From Ostreococcus lucimarinus (taxonomy: Eukaryota), in the NCBI GenBank assembly GCA_000092065.1, contig CP000590.1: 64,000 bases of DNA; one strand, 5' to 3'. Within the stretch, counting starts at the first letter, position 1. Every line of letters starts with the position of its first letter. Both the position numbers and the translations under genes were made by a program. Shown piece by piece: positions 42,162 to 51,109 of this stretch. The notes beneath the pieces were generated by a model. The model did not search any database, had not been told where the DNA came from, and was given only the letters and a program-made list of their open reading frames with translations.

Positions 42162-44606
42162 ATGGAGCGCGCGGTTCGCGAAGCGCACAGACGCGGGGGC
42201 GTAGAGCGCGCGACGTCGTCCGACCGCGGTGCCTCGCCGAGCGCCGCGCGCGCGGTGACGCCGGCGACGTTCTTCGCCCCGCTCATCGCGCGCGGCGGAT
42301 GGCGCTTCGTCGGACACGGTGCGCGAGCGCAGACGTACGGCGCGATGACGCTGGTGCCGCCGGGACACGAGAAACGGTTGAGAGGGAGTAATGCGCCGTG
42401 CATGACGCCGGGAGAGGAGTGGGAGGACGCGGACGACGAGGAGACGAGACGCGCGCTCAAGGCGTGCGGACTGCTCGTGGCGAAGAACGCCGCGCTGATG
42501 GATAAACCGAAAGCCGGACGGTCGAAACCTGCGCGCGTTGGGTTGCGAGACTACATCGCGCAAAATTTGAAGTGCATGATAAGCGCGATGGTGGCGATGC
42601 GGGTGAGCGCGACGGTGTATAGACATAAACGTTGGACGTTTGAGTGCTTCCGAGAGGTGTACCGAAAGCGCATGGAGTTGCGCAGGCGTCTCGAAAACTC
42701 ACGGGTCAGTGCGCTGGGGAAGGAGTCTCAGCGTTCGCTGACCACGCTTTTGCGTGCTTTCGACACGATGATGGAGCAAATGTGTGATCCTCGCGGGAAC
42801 ATTCGCGCGGCGTTTTACGACGGGATGGTGGCGTGTCCGTGGGACGTCGACTACGAATGGCAACAGAATGCAGCATTTCACGAAGACTTGTACAGCGTGC
42901 CGTACGCGACGAATGACGACCGCGATATGACACACTCATACGAAGTGCCAGATTTACCGGAGGCCTCACATAAGCGCGTGTTCGAAGGACAAGATTCGAT
43001 GTCGCAAGATTCGCGCGCGTCCACGGGCACGGACGACGCCGGGGTGATTGGCGGCAAGCGCAAGCAAGCCGATTATGCCGACGGTGTCACGGTGCGTCGG
43101 TGCCGAATCAAGCCTAGCATGGATGAGATTCCATCCATCGTGGCGTTAGAAATGGCCGCGGAGATTGACGTCGTTGCCGCCGCGACGGCACACTTCTTCG
43201 CCACGTGCGACTTATGCACCGATGGGCCAACCTTCCATGAGTATTTGACGCTGGTGACGTCAGCGTACGATTTTGCGTTCGCGACGGAAATGCAACTGTC
43301 ATTAGAGAACACGGTGATTCCTCAGATGCGCGAGAAGCAGTTTCCAGATGACGCCACTTTCCACTACACGCTTCTCGCGCAGTGCTACTCCTCGTCTTCT
43401 CAAGCGACGCAGTTACTCAAGCTACTCAGCAGCGATCCGAATCCGTTATTACACATCTCGTTGATGCAACGAATTGAAGGCGTATTCATCACGTCCAGAG
43501 ATGGACCCGACGATAAAGCAGACGCGAGGTTTGATCGTCTGATGCGGGACTACGCTGAAAGAGTGGCGTCGGCTCATCACAAACGACCGTGCTCCGTCAA
43601 TGGCTCGCATATGCAGTTGCACTATCCTCCGCCGATTCGCACGTGGATCGAAACGTGCAAATTATCGAATAGCCAACTTTACTCGCCCGCTGTGCCGAGT
43701 TTCGAGGCGCTAATCGAACTGCGTAGCTCATCGCCAAATGGTTGGGTGGAAATCTCGCGCGAAGGCACGGGCTATTGGACGGCCGTGATGACGAAGTGTG
43801 GCATACCCGCGCAGGCGGTGAACGTGCGCCTGGATATCAAGCGATACGGCCCAGAGGACGCGCGCGAACCTCCTCCTCCTCTTCCGCCGAGCTCAAGGCC
43901 GTTCGTGGGCATTCATTATGACTTACCTGACGTGTGCTCGGAATTTGGCAACTTTGGCTTGCTCCTCAACTGCATGCCTCGAGACGAAGATTTAGCAATT
44001 GAGTGTCTGAGAAATTACACTGGAAGCACAATCGCGTTAGTGGGCGAGTGGGTCGGCTCGACCGCTGGTTCGCGCTTCGTGCGTCGACTCGCAAAAAGGT
44101 TTGAGTTCGCGACCACCACAGTCTTGCCATGGATCGGCGATTCCGCGCACGAGCTCAGTATTTGGAAACGCCGAGCGGAAAAGTTGACGAAGCAGAAGCG
44201 TCGCGACGACGCGCTTTCTCGACGCGACGTGTTCCCCGCGGTGAAGAAATGCCAAGTCGCCGGCTGTCAATCGAAGTCGCGCACTATGTTCTGCTGTCGT
44301 CTCTGTCGCAGCGCCTTCGTGTGCTCCGAGCATCTGCACGCCTTGCATGATGAGTACGATCTCGCGCACGCCACCGAGCACTGCGTACGGCTCCTGCCGA
44401 CGCTCGATAGATTGCGAGGATACGAAGTCGAACTGGCGCACGGTGAAGGCAAGAAGCAAATGCGAAGCGAAACCATCATGGCGTTTAATCCATTCATCGC
44501 GGGTGTCGACTGCTGGATGGTGGACTATCGCAAAAGTTCAAATGACGTGTACGAAGACGTGCAAATAAGCGTGCCCCGAATCGAACGCGTGGAAAACTGG
44601 GAATGA
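42162..44606 (+). CDS. Large hypothetical protein (814 aa) with C-terminal MYND/HIT-like zinc finger
   Basis: ATG at 42162. Long uninterrupted ORF with normal (non-Arg-rich) composition. C-terminal CQVAGCQSKSRTMFCCRLCRSAFVCSEHLHALHDEYDLAHATEHC Cys/His cluster. No family recognised. Confidence 0.5.
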   Translation: MERAVREAHRRGGVERATSSDRGASPSAARAVTPATFFAPLIARGGWRFVGHGARAQTYGAMTLVPPGHEKRLRGSNAPCMTPGEEWEDADDEETRRALKACGLLVAKNAALMDKPKAGRSKPARVGLRDYIAQNLKCMISAMVAMRVSATVYRHKRWTFECFREVYRKRMELRRRLENSRVSALGKESQRSLTTLLRAFDTMMEQMCDPRGNIRAAFYDGMVACPWDVDYEWQQNAAFHEDLYSVPYATNDDRDMTHSYEVPDLPEASHKRVFEGQDSMSQDSRASTGTDDAGVIGGKRKQADYADGVTVRRCRIKPSMDEIPSIVALEMAAEIDVVAAATAHFFATCDLCTDGPTFHEYLTLVTSAYDFAFATEMQLSLENTVIPQMREKQFPDDATFHYTLLAQCYSSSSQATQLLKLLSSDPNPLLHISLMQRIEGVFITSRDGPDDKADARFDRLMRDYAERVASAHHKRPCSVNGSHMQLHYPPPIRTWIETCKLSNSQLYSPAVPSFEALIELRSSSPNGWVEISREGTGYWTAVMTKCGIPAQAVNVRLDIKRYGPEDAREPPPPLPPSSRPFVGIHYDLPDVCSEFGNFGLLLNCMPRDEDLAIECLRNYTGSTIALVGEWVGSTAGSRFVRRLAKRFEFATTTVLPWIGDSAHELSIWKRRAEKLTKQKRRDDALSRRDVFPAVKKCQVAGCQSKSRTMFCCRLCRSAFVCSEHLHALHDEYDLAHATEHCVRLLPTLDRLRGYEVELAHGEGKKQMRSETIMAFNPFIAGVDCWMVDYRKSSNDVYEDVQISVPRIERVENWE

Positions 44607-44675
44607 ATTATGCGTGGAATGACACTTAGAATTCTAGAAGCCTATCGATATCGTCTAATACGAAGGAATAATCGA

Positions 44676-45683
44676 TCAACGTTTCGCCGCCGGAGCGCCG
44701 AAAAGGTCTTTTAAAATCTCAAAAGACACAAAACGGATAGAATTTTGCGGCACAACCTTGAGTGTATTCGCCGCCCATCCGCGGAAGAAACCTTTCACGC
44801 CCTCAGTCCGCGCTATTGTCGTGATGGCGTCGTACATCCCGTTGTAAGTTTTGCCCTTCATTTGCATGCGTCGCCGAATGGTGTCGAGCGGGTAGCACAC
44901 GGTGGCGCTAAACGTGCCCGAAGCCCCACCGACGACCAAGTTAGACACCCTATCTTCCTTACCGTTTTCGCCATAGTACATCTTCTTTGCCATGTCGTAC
45001 GACGCAAAGTTAATCGCCGCGTAAGGGGCTATGCCAGCCAACGTCGGCCCGAGACCTTTGTAGAGCGCGCCGACGCCCTCGGTGCGGTACACCGTTCCAA
45101 AGCAGTGCATCATCCCGTTATACCCATGATTCGGTAGCGCCAAGCGTAACCTCACGGTGTCTAACGGGTGCGTGATGGCTGTTCCCGTCATACCCGCCAA
45201 AGCGCCCGCCAAAAGGCGCTGCGGTACCCCAAGCTTGCCTTGTTCGTCCGCCAACAGCGACTTGTAGTAATCGTTAGACGCCAACTGCGCCGCCGCGTAC
45301 GGCGCCACGCGAATGACGTTCACCCCGTTCCCTTTCCAGAAACTCAATATCCCCTCCTCGGCGTAAATCTTTCGAAACGCCTGCCCGACGCTCGTGTACG
45401 CCGTCGCCGACGTCCCGCTCGACGCCATCGCCTGGACTTGAAACAGCAGCTTGATCCGATCCAACGGCGCGCTCGCCGTCCGCGCGATGATTCCCGCGCC
45501 GCCGCCCGCGGCGACCGACCGGGATCCATCCAGCACCGCTAACGCGCGCTCCGCGATCGCGCTCGCCGCGAACGGCGCCTCTCGCGCCGTCGCGCGTCGC
45601 GCGTCCTCGCGTCGGGTCGCGCCGGTGGCGGCGCTTTTCGTCGCCGCCCATCGGCGCGCACGCGCGGCGGCGTCCCCGTCCAT
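44676..45683 (-). CDS. Mitochondrial carrier family protein (SLC25A42 / CoA-carrier-like)
   Basis: Internal ATG verified at 45683. Three carrier repeats with PLDRIKLLFQV, PxDTVRLR and PLDTIRRRMQ signatures. Confidence 0.75.
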   Translation of the reverse strand: MDGDAAARARRWAATKSAATGATRREDARRATAREAPFAASAIAERALAVLDGSRSVAAGGGAGIIARTASAPLDRIKLLFQVQAMASSGTSATAYTSVGQAFRKIYAEEGILSFWKGNGVNVIRVAPYAAAQLASNDYYKSLLADEQGKLGVPQRLLAGALAGMTGTAITHPLDTVRLRLALPNHGYNGMMHCFGTVYRTEGVGALYKGLGPTLAGIAPYAAINFASYDMAKKMYYGENGKEDRVSNLVVGGASGTFSATVCYPLDTIRRRMQMKGKTYNGMYDAITTIARTEGVKGFFRGWAANTLKVVPQNSIRFVSFEILKDLFGAPAAKR

Positions 45684-45832
45684 GGCCGTCGATCGCTCGC
45701 GCCGCGACGTTCGCGCGTCCTCGAGCGCGCGCGCGGTCGAGCGCGCGCCGCGCGTCGTCGTGTGCGCGCGGCGCGATTCTATCCACAACGCGTCGGGACG
45801 AAAAAGCGCACTCCGTCGCGCGCGATCGCGCC

Positions 45833-46297
45833 ATGCACGCCGGCGCGCGCGCGACGTCGTCGTCGACGACGAGCGCGCGGCTCGGATGGCTCGTCGCGCT
45901 CGCGTTGGCGGCGCTGCACCTCGCGCGCGGGGTCCGGACGGTCGGGACGCGGCCGAGGAACGCGGCGGGGGCGTTCGTGCTCCACGTCGAGCTCGAATTC
46001 AAGACGGAGGCGGCGGCGAAAGAGCTGGTGACGGCGTGGGCGCGGTGCGCCGATTGGTGCAGGGCGAACGAGGCGGGACTGATGCACTACGAGATCGCGC
46101 GGAGCCAGACGGATCCGCTCAAGTATGGCATATTCGAACGGTACGCGAGTTTGGACGCGTACGCGTCGACGCACAAGTCGACGGAGGCGTACAGGACGTT
46201 TCGCCCGAAGATGCAGGCGTTGCAAGACAGCGGCGAGCTCGAGGTGAGTGGTTCGTCGTATTTCGAACTCGGCCACGGGTTCGTGTCGGGCTCGTGA
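45833..46297 (+). CDS. ABM-domain (dimeric alpha/beta-barrel, antibiotic-biosynthesis-monooxygenase-like) protein with hydrophobic N-terminus
   Basis: ATG at 45833. Leader LGWLVALALAALHLA. About 100-aa ferredoxin-like beta-alpha-beta-beta ABM pattern (FVLHVELEFK...LMHYEIARSQTDPLKYGIFERYASLDAY...). Confidence 0.5.
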   Translation: MHAGARATSSSTTSARLGWLVALALAALHLARGVRTVGTRPRNAAGAFVLHVELEFKTEAAAKELVTAWARCADWCRANEAGLMHYEIARSQTDPLKYGIFERYASLDAYASTHKSTEAYRTFRPKMQALQDSGELEVSGSSYFELGHGFVSGS

Positions 46298-46360
46298 CGC
46301 GAATCGTAGCGTGGTCGTGTGTAGAATAGAGTTGAAATAACAGTTGGGCGGAAACGCGCG

Positions 46361-47304
46361 TCAGCAAAATGGTAGACGCGTGTTCGCGGAACGTCGAACT
46401 ATGGCGCTCGACACCGGAAACGCGTCGCACGCGCTACCGGGAGTGTCAAACGAAACCGCGAACACGCTTTGTCGAGGCAAAACCAAGGGCGACTCGGCCC
46501 AAATGTTGTCCCAGTTGAGCGCGGACACGTCCGCGTCGAGCGGCACCGGAACCGCGAACACGCGATGCTGACTATTGATCTCGCGCGCGTGTTCGGCGTT
46601 TTGCGCGCCAATTCTTTCGAAAGTCACGTAATCCCCGGGATAAAACGTGTGCGACGCCTCGACGGTGATGACGGCGTACCTAGCGTGTTCGTTGAAGCAC
46701 TGAATGTTTGTCACGACGTGTCGCTGGTTGCACTCCTTCACTTCTTCCTCAACTTGGCCCTGGCGAAGAGGGAAACCATTCCTAGATTTACTCTTTCGCC
46801 GCTGGCGATTGTTCATGCTCGCCGCTCGCCAGTATCCTCCGACGCGAATGGCGCGAGCGTCGACGGCGTCCGGCGCGGTGGACGCGACGTGCTTTCGCAA
46901 CCTCTCGGGCATGTCGTCCCACGAGAGCCAACGCACGTTATTAGCGTCGATGACGGAAAGTAACGTGCGTCCATCTCGAGACTTCGTCGCGTGTGCTTCG
47001 CGATTCGCGCTCGACGCTACGTTGGGCTGAACCTCGCGCAGCACCGGCTTGGGCGTCGTCGTCGTCTCCGTCGTCGTCTCCGTCGTCGTCTCCGTCACGA
47101 CGTCCTCCGTCGCGTCCTCCACGACCGCCGGCGTCGGTTCAGCATCTATATCTACCCCTAGTCCTAATAATAACTTCTTCCTCTGCTCGATCGCGCGCTC
47201 GTCCTCGCTATCGTCCTCCTCTTCGACGTACTCCACCGCGAGCAGCTCCGCCGACGCCTCGTCATCCATCCCGAGCGCCTGCCCCAAAACGCCCTCGATA
47301 TCGA

Positions 47305-47345
<41 letters not shown>

Positions 47346-47621
47346 TCTAAATCCAACCCAAACTTACTCGCCTCGACGAACAAATCACGCATCAGCGCGC
47401 GCGCCTCGACGCCGCCCAACCGCACCAAGTCGTCCAGCGTCGTCGTCGACGCCCCCTCATCCTCGCCAGACGTTCCCTCGTCCCCCGCTTCCGGCGCGTC
47501 CTCGTGCGCGTCCTCGTCCGCGTCCTCGTCCGCGTCATCGTCGTCGTCGCGTCGCGTCGTCGCCGAACCGTCGTCGTCGTCGCTTTCGACCGTTTCTTCG
47601 ACACCGTCGCCATCTTCTCCC

Positions 47622-47658
<37 letters not shown>

Positions 47659-47734
47659 GCAGGCCATCGAACAGACCGTCGTCGTCGTCGTCGTCCGGTC
47701 GCGCCGCGCGCGCGAGCGCGACCCCGGTCGCGCG

Positions 47735-47788
<54 letters not shown>

Positions 47789-47899
47789 GGTCGCGACGCG
47801 CGCGTCGTCGACGCGCGCGCGCGGCATCAGGCACGCGAGCGCGACGCACGCGAGCGCGACGCGCGTCTTCGCGCGCGCGCGCGCGCGCCGGCGACGCAT
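46361..47899 (-). CDS. Hypothetical signal-peptide protein with (AT)n, poly-Asp/Glu low-complexity core and conserved-looking C-terminal domain
   Basis: Internal ATG verified at 47899 followed by hydrophobic VALACVALACL. Microsatellite-encoded ATATAT.., DDDDD.., DEDEDE.. runs. Normal-composition C-terminal domain of about 230 aa. The Arg-rich upstream track extension is rejected. Confidence 0.4.
47306..47346. repeat. (GTCCTC)n microsatellite, about 7 units
   Basis: Direct reading. Encodes the (Glu-Asp)n run. (GTC)n runs at 47623..47696 encode poly-Asp. Confidence 0.9.
47735..47784. repeat. (GTCGCC)n hexanucleotide microsatellite, about 8 units
   Basis: Direct reading. Encodes the (Ala-Thr)n run of the minus-strand gene. 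Confidence 0.9.
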
Positions 47900-48134
47900 C
47901 GCGGCGCGGTGCGCGGCGCGCGAGGCCGCGGCTCGCCGCGTCGCGGCGTCGTCGCGTGTACCCCTTGACTGTACTGGGTCGTGAATCGATGATGTCCTCG
48001 AGGGGGAGGTACACGCGGTTCGTGACCCGGCGCGACGACGCGTGACGAAATATCTGACGAAATATCTTCGAGCGACGCCGCAGAGCGACGCGCGCGGGCG
48101 ACGGCGACGGCGACGGCGACGCGCGACGCGCGGC

Positions 48135-48169
<35 letters not shown>

Positions 48170-48263
48170 CGCGCGCGCGGGCGCGCGGGCGCGCGCGGAC
48201 GCGCCGACGTCGCGCGCGCGCGACGCGAATCGCGCGACGCCGGGTTCGAATCGGCGCGGCGCG

Positions 48264-49232
48264 ATGGCGCGCGAGGACGCGCGAGGACGCGTGGGCGCGG
48301 CCGCGGCGTCGTCGGGACGCGCGGGAACGAACGCGCGCGACGGCGCGGAGGCGCGCGGGACGGCGACGCTGACGGTGGACGTGGAGACGGCGGAGACGGA
48401 GGCGGAGGCGCGAGAGCGCGTGCGGTTCTTCGAACTCTGCGCGCCGAGCGCGCTCGGGACGTGGACGGACGAGCGGACGTGCGTGGTGGACGTGCGGGGA
48501 GGGATCGCGGCGCTGCAGGGGACGGGCGCGGAGCTGATCGCGTACCTTCGCGATCGGCTCGGGGTGATCATGGAGGTGGACGCCGAGCGGGAGCGCGTGC
48601 TGATTAATCACGAAATTCACAACGTCGTCATCGAGGCTGCGCGGATTTTGCACTTACAGATCGAGCAGGCGAAGATGGTGACGATAGCCCCGACGAATGG
48701 CGACGAGGCGGCGACGCCGACGCCGAAGATGGGGCTCTCGTCCTCCGTCGACGACGACGCGGTGATGCAAGAGGTGCTCGGCGACATCGAACCCGAAGAA
48801 CTCGAAGAGTTGCGTCGACAGCTCGAGAGCAAACGCGCGACGAGACAGCGATTGATCGAGACGCTCGGCGAACCGCGAGTGACGTGTCACTTACAACCCG
48901 TCGAGTTGACGAGCACGCTCGTGCGCGTGCGGTTGCCTCGAACGAGGTCGTTCACGGGCGACGATCCGCTGTACGGTGTAGGCGTCGCGCTTCGCGCGGT
49001 GGCGTCGACGACGCAAGACGGTGAGCCCACGTGGATTTTTCAGTGCGACATGGGCGGGTCCAAACTCCACGAAACTGATATTATGTATATTTCCAACAAC
49101 GCCATCTCGGTTCCCGAAGTTTGCCGACTCGTATCGGGACACAAACGGCGCAGCGTGGACAAACCACGTGACGTGATGGACGAATTTTTGCCGAGTTGTC
49201 GCACTGATGTGACGCAGTCTTCTGCGGCTTGA
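48264..49232 (+). CDS. Hypothetical protein (322 aa)
   Basis: The track ORF starts on GTG at 48042. First ATG is 48264. Normal composition from about 48390 onward. No family recognised. An (ACG)n run and a GC-rich leader lie upstream. Confidence 0.35.
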   Translation: MAREDARGRVGAAAASSGRAGTNARDGAEARGTATLTVDVETAETEAEARERVRFFELCAPSALGTWTDERTCVVDVRGGIAALQGTGAELIAYLRDRLGVIMEVDAERERVLINHEIHNVVIEAARILHLQIEQAKMVTIAPTNGDEAATPTPKMGLSSSVDDDAVMQEVLGDIEPEELEELRRQLESKRATRQRLIETLGEPRVTCHLQPVELTSTLVRVRLPRTRSFTGDDPLYGVGVALRAVASTTQDGEPTWIFQCDMGGSKLHETDIMYISNNAISVPEVCRLVSGHKRRSVDKPRDVMDEFLPSCRTDVTQSSAA

Positions 49233-49490
49233 GCGATCGCGCTCGCCGCGGCGTGTACACTTTTTCCTTTGTTAATACCGACGTAATACCACGTGTACGA
49301 ACGACGTAATACCCCGCGCGCGAACGCATCGCAACGAAACTACGCGGCGCGCGCTTTGATTGATTGGCGATTGTGACTAGTATGGCGTAATTACACAGTT
49401 TTCGTACTCTGCGGGTAAATACGGCCGCGACGTCGCGTCGGGCCGAAAGAAGAGAAGTCGTCTCGAGAAGGCGAATTTTTCGTCTCAATT

Positions 49491-50837
49491 CTATTCCGGG
49501 TTGATGACCGCCTTGATCTCGTCGTACATCACGAGCACGAGCGCACCACCGACGCCACGAAGAACGTTGGAGAAGGCACCCTTGAAGAAGGCACCCATAC
49601 CTTCTTGCGCATAAATCTTGACGAAGGCGTCCACGGTGCCGCTGTACAACTTCTTGCCCGCGCCAGAGTTCATCATCAAGCGACGACGAACAGTGTCGAA
49701 GGGGTAGGAGAGAACACCAGCCGCGTTGGTAGCGACTTGGGCCACGATGAACTTGAAGATGAAGGAAGAATCCTTGGTGAGGAGCGCACCCTTACCGGTG
49801 TCGTAGAGACCGAAGTAAGAACCGCGGTACACGATGATACCTTGCACGGAGACGCCGAAGCCTTGGTAGAGCGCCATCGGGCCGGAGCGCCTGGCAATCT
49901 TGGACAAGCAGTCGACCAAACCGGTGAATTCACGGTCGTTAGCCTTGCCGACATCGGCAGCGAGACGCGTACGCGCAAAATCAAGCGGGTAAACAATCAA
50001 CAAAGAACCGGCACCGGCCAAACCGCCCGAAGCCATGTTGACGGCGAAAAACGGCCAAAACGCGTCCTTCGGCGAGTAGCTCGGGAACAAACCCTTGATG
50101 GTATCCTTGAACGCAAAGTTGAACGCTTGCGTCGGGAAGTAACGCACGATGTTCGCGGTGTTACCTCTCCAGAACGAACCGAAACCTTGCTCGGCGCTCA
50201 CGCGCGTGAAGCAGTTGACGATGCCCGTGTATCGCGGCACTTCGCCCGACATGATTCTCGGGTTCGCGTCTTGCGTTTGAATCAAAAGTTTCACGCGTTC
50301 GATCGGCGCCGTGGCCGTCTTCGCGATGGAACCAGACACTCCACCCTGCGCGCATCAAAACCAGCCAGTTTTCCGTCAGTCTCGAGTCCCTCGCGCGTCG
50401 TCTCGCGCGCCCGCGCGCGCGTCCGGATTGACTTTCCCATCATCCTTCGCATTTCCCATCTCACGGCGCGAATCACCCCCAGACTACGTCGAATCCCCCG
50501 CGCGCGACATTTATCTCGCGCCGCCCGATCGCCGCGATCGCGCCGCGTGCGTCGCCACCATCGCCGTCCTCGACGCGCGCGCGACCTCCCTCGCGCGCCC
50601 ATTCCGCGTCCAACCATCGCGCACGAATCTTCGCGCCCGCGCCGTCGCCCGCGTTTCCGTCGAGATCGCGTCGAGCGCGCGCACCGCGGCGAGATCCTTC
50701 AAAAACGACGTCAAGTCGAACTCCTTCTTCGCCGCCGCCGCGAACGGCTTCGCGGCGACCGGCGCGCGCGCGCGATCGAATCGTCCGACCGCGGATCGCG
50801 CGAAACAATCGGCGTAAAATTCACGGTTGAGGGCCAT
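49491..50837 (-). CDS. AAC: ADP/ATP carrier (AAC/ANT); exons complement(50685..50837) and complement(49491..50345), intron 50346..50684
   Basis: Exon 2 carries the [14 protein letters not shown] and RRRMMM signatures. The track 'M' at 50339 is GTG. An upstream exon (ATG verified at 50837) ends ...FLKDLAA. After a GTGCGC...GAGACTGACGG...CAG intron it continues [21 protein letters not shown], reproducing the conserved AAC N-terminus. Confidence 0.8.
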
Positions 50838-51109
50838 GACGCGCGGGACGGGAGCGGTGCGTGGAGTGCCGCGCCGGCGCTCGCGCGCGCGATCCATCTT
50901 GCGCGGGGGTGGTGGCGTGTGTCCGACCGACCGACCGAGCGCACTGGGCAAACAGTCACGCGCTGGGCAAACAGTCACGCGTCGGTCGGTCGGTCGGTCG
51001 GTCGCGACGCCCGCGCGGCGGCAGAGCGCGGCGCGCGCGACGCGCGCGCACGACGCGCGCGGCGACGACGACGACGACGACGACGACCGCCGCGTCGTCC
51101 GCGCGCGCG

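Noticed and set aside
48242-48252. GGGTTCGAATC, a tRNA T-loop-like motif
   Set aside because: Flanking bases cannot form a T-stem or an acceptor stem and no D-loop or anticodon arm is present. It lies in the GC-rich leader of a protein gene. No tRNA or rRNA genes were found anywhere in the window.
50337-50339. Leading 'M' of several track ORFs (50339, 19423, 22121, 24549, 34480, 48042, 50861)
   Set aside because: Checked against the nucleotides: these codons are GTG or TTG, not ATG. The track evidently allows alternative starts, so true N-termini were re-derived (upstream exons or the first downstream ATG).
50427-50459. Alternative AAC exon 1 (ATGGGAAATGCGAAGGATGATGGGAAA with GTCAAT donor) 84 nt upstream of exon 2
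   Set aside because: Weak GTCAAT donor. The product [14 protein letters not shown] lacks the conserved FLxDxxAGG segment. The 50685..50837 exon reproduces that segment exactly.
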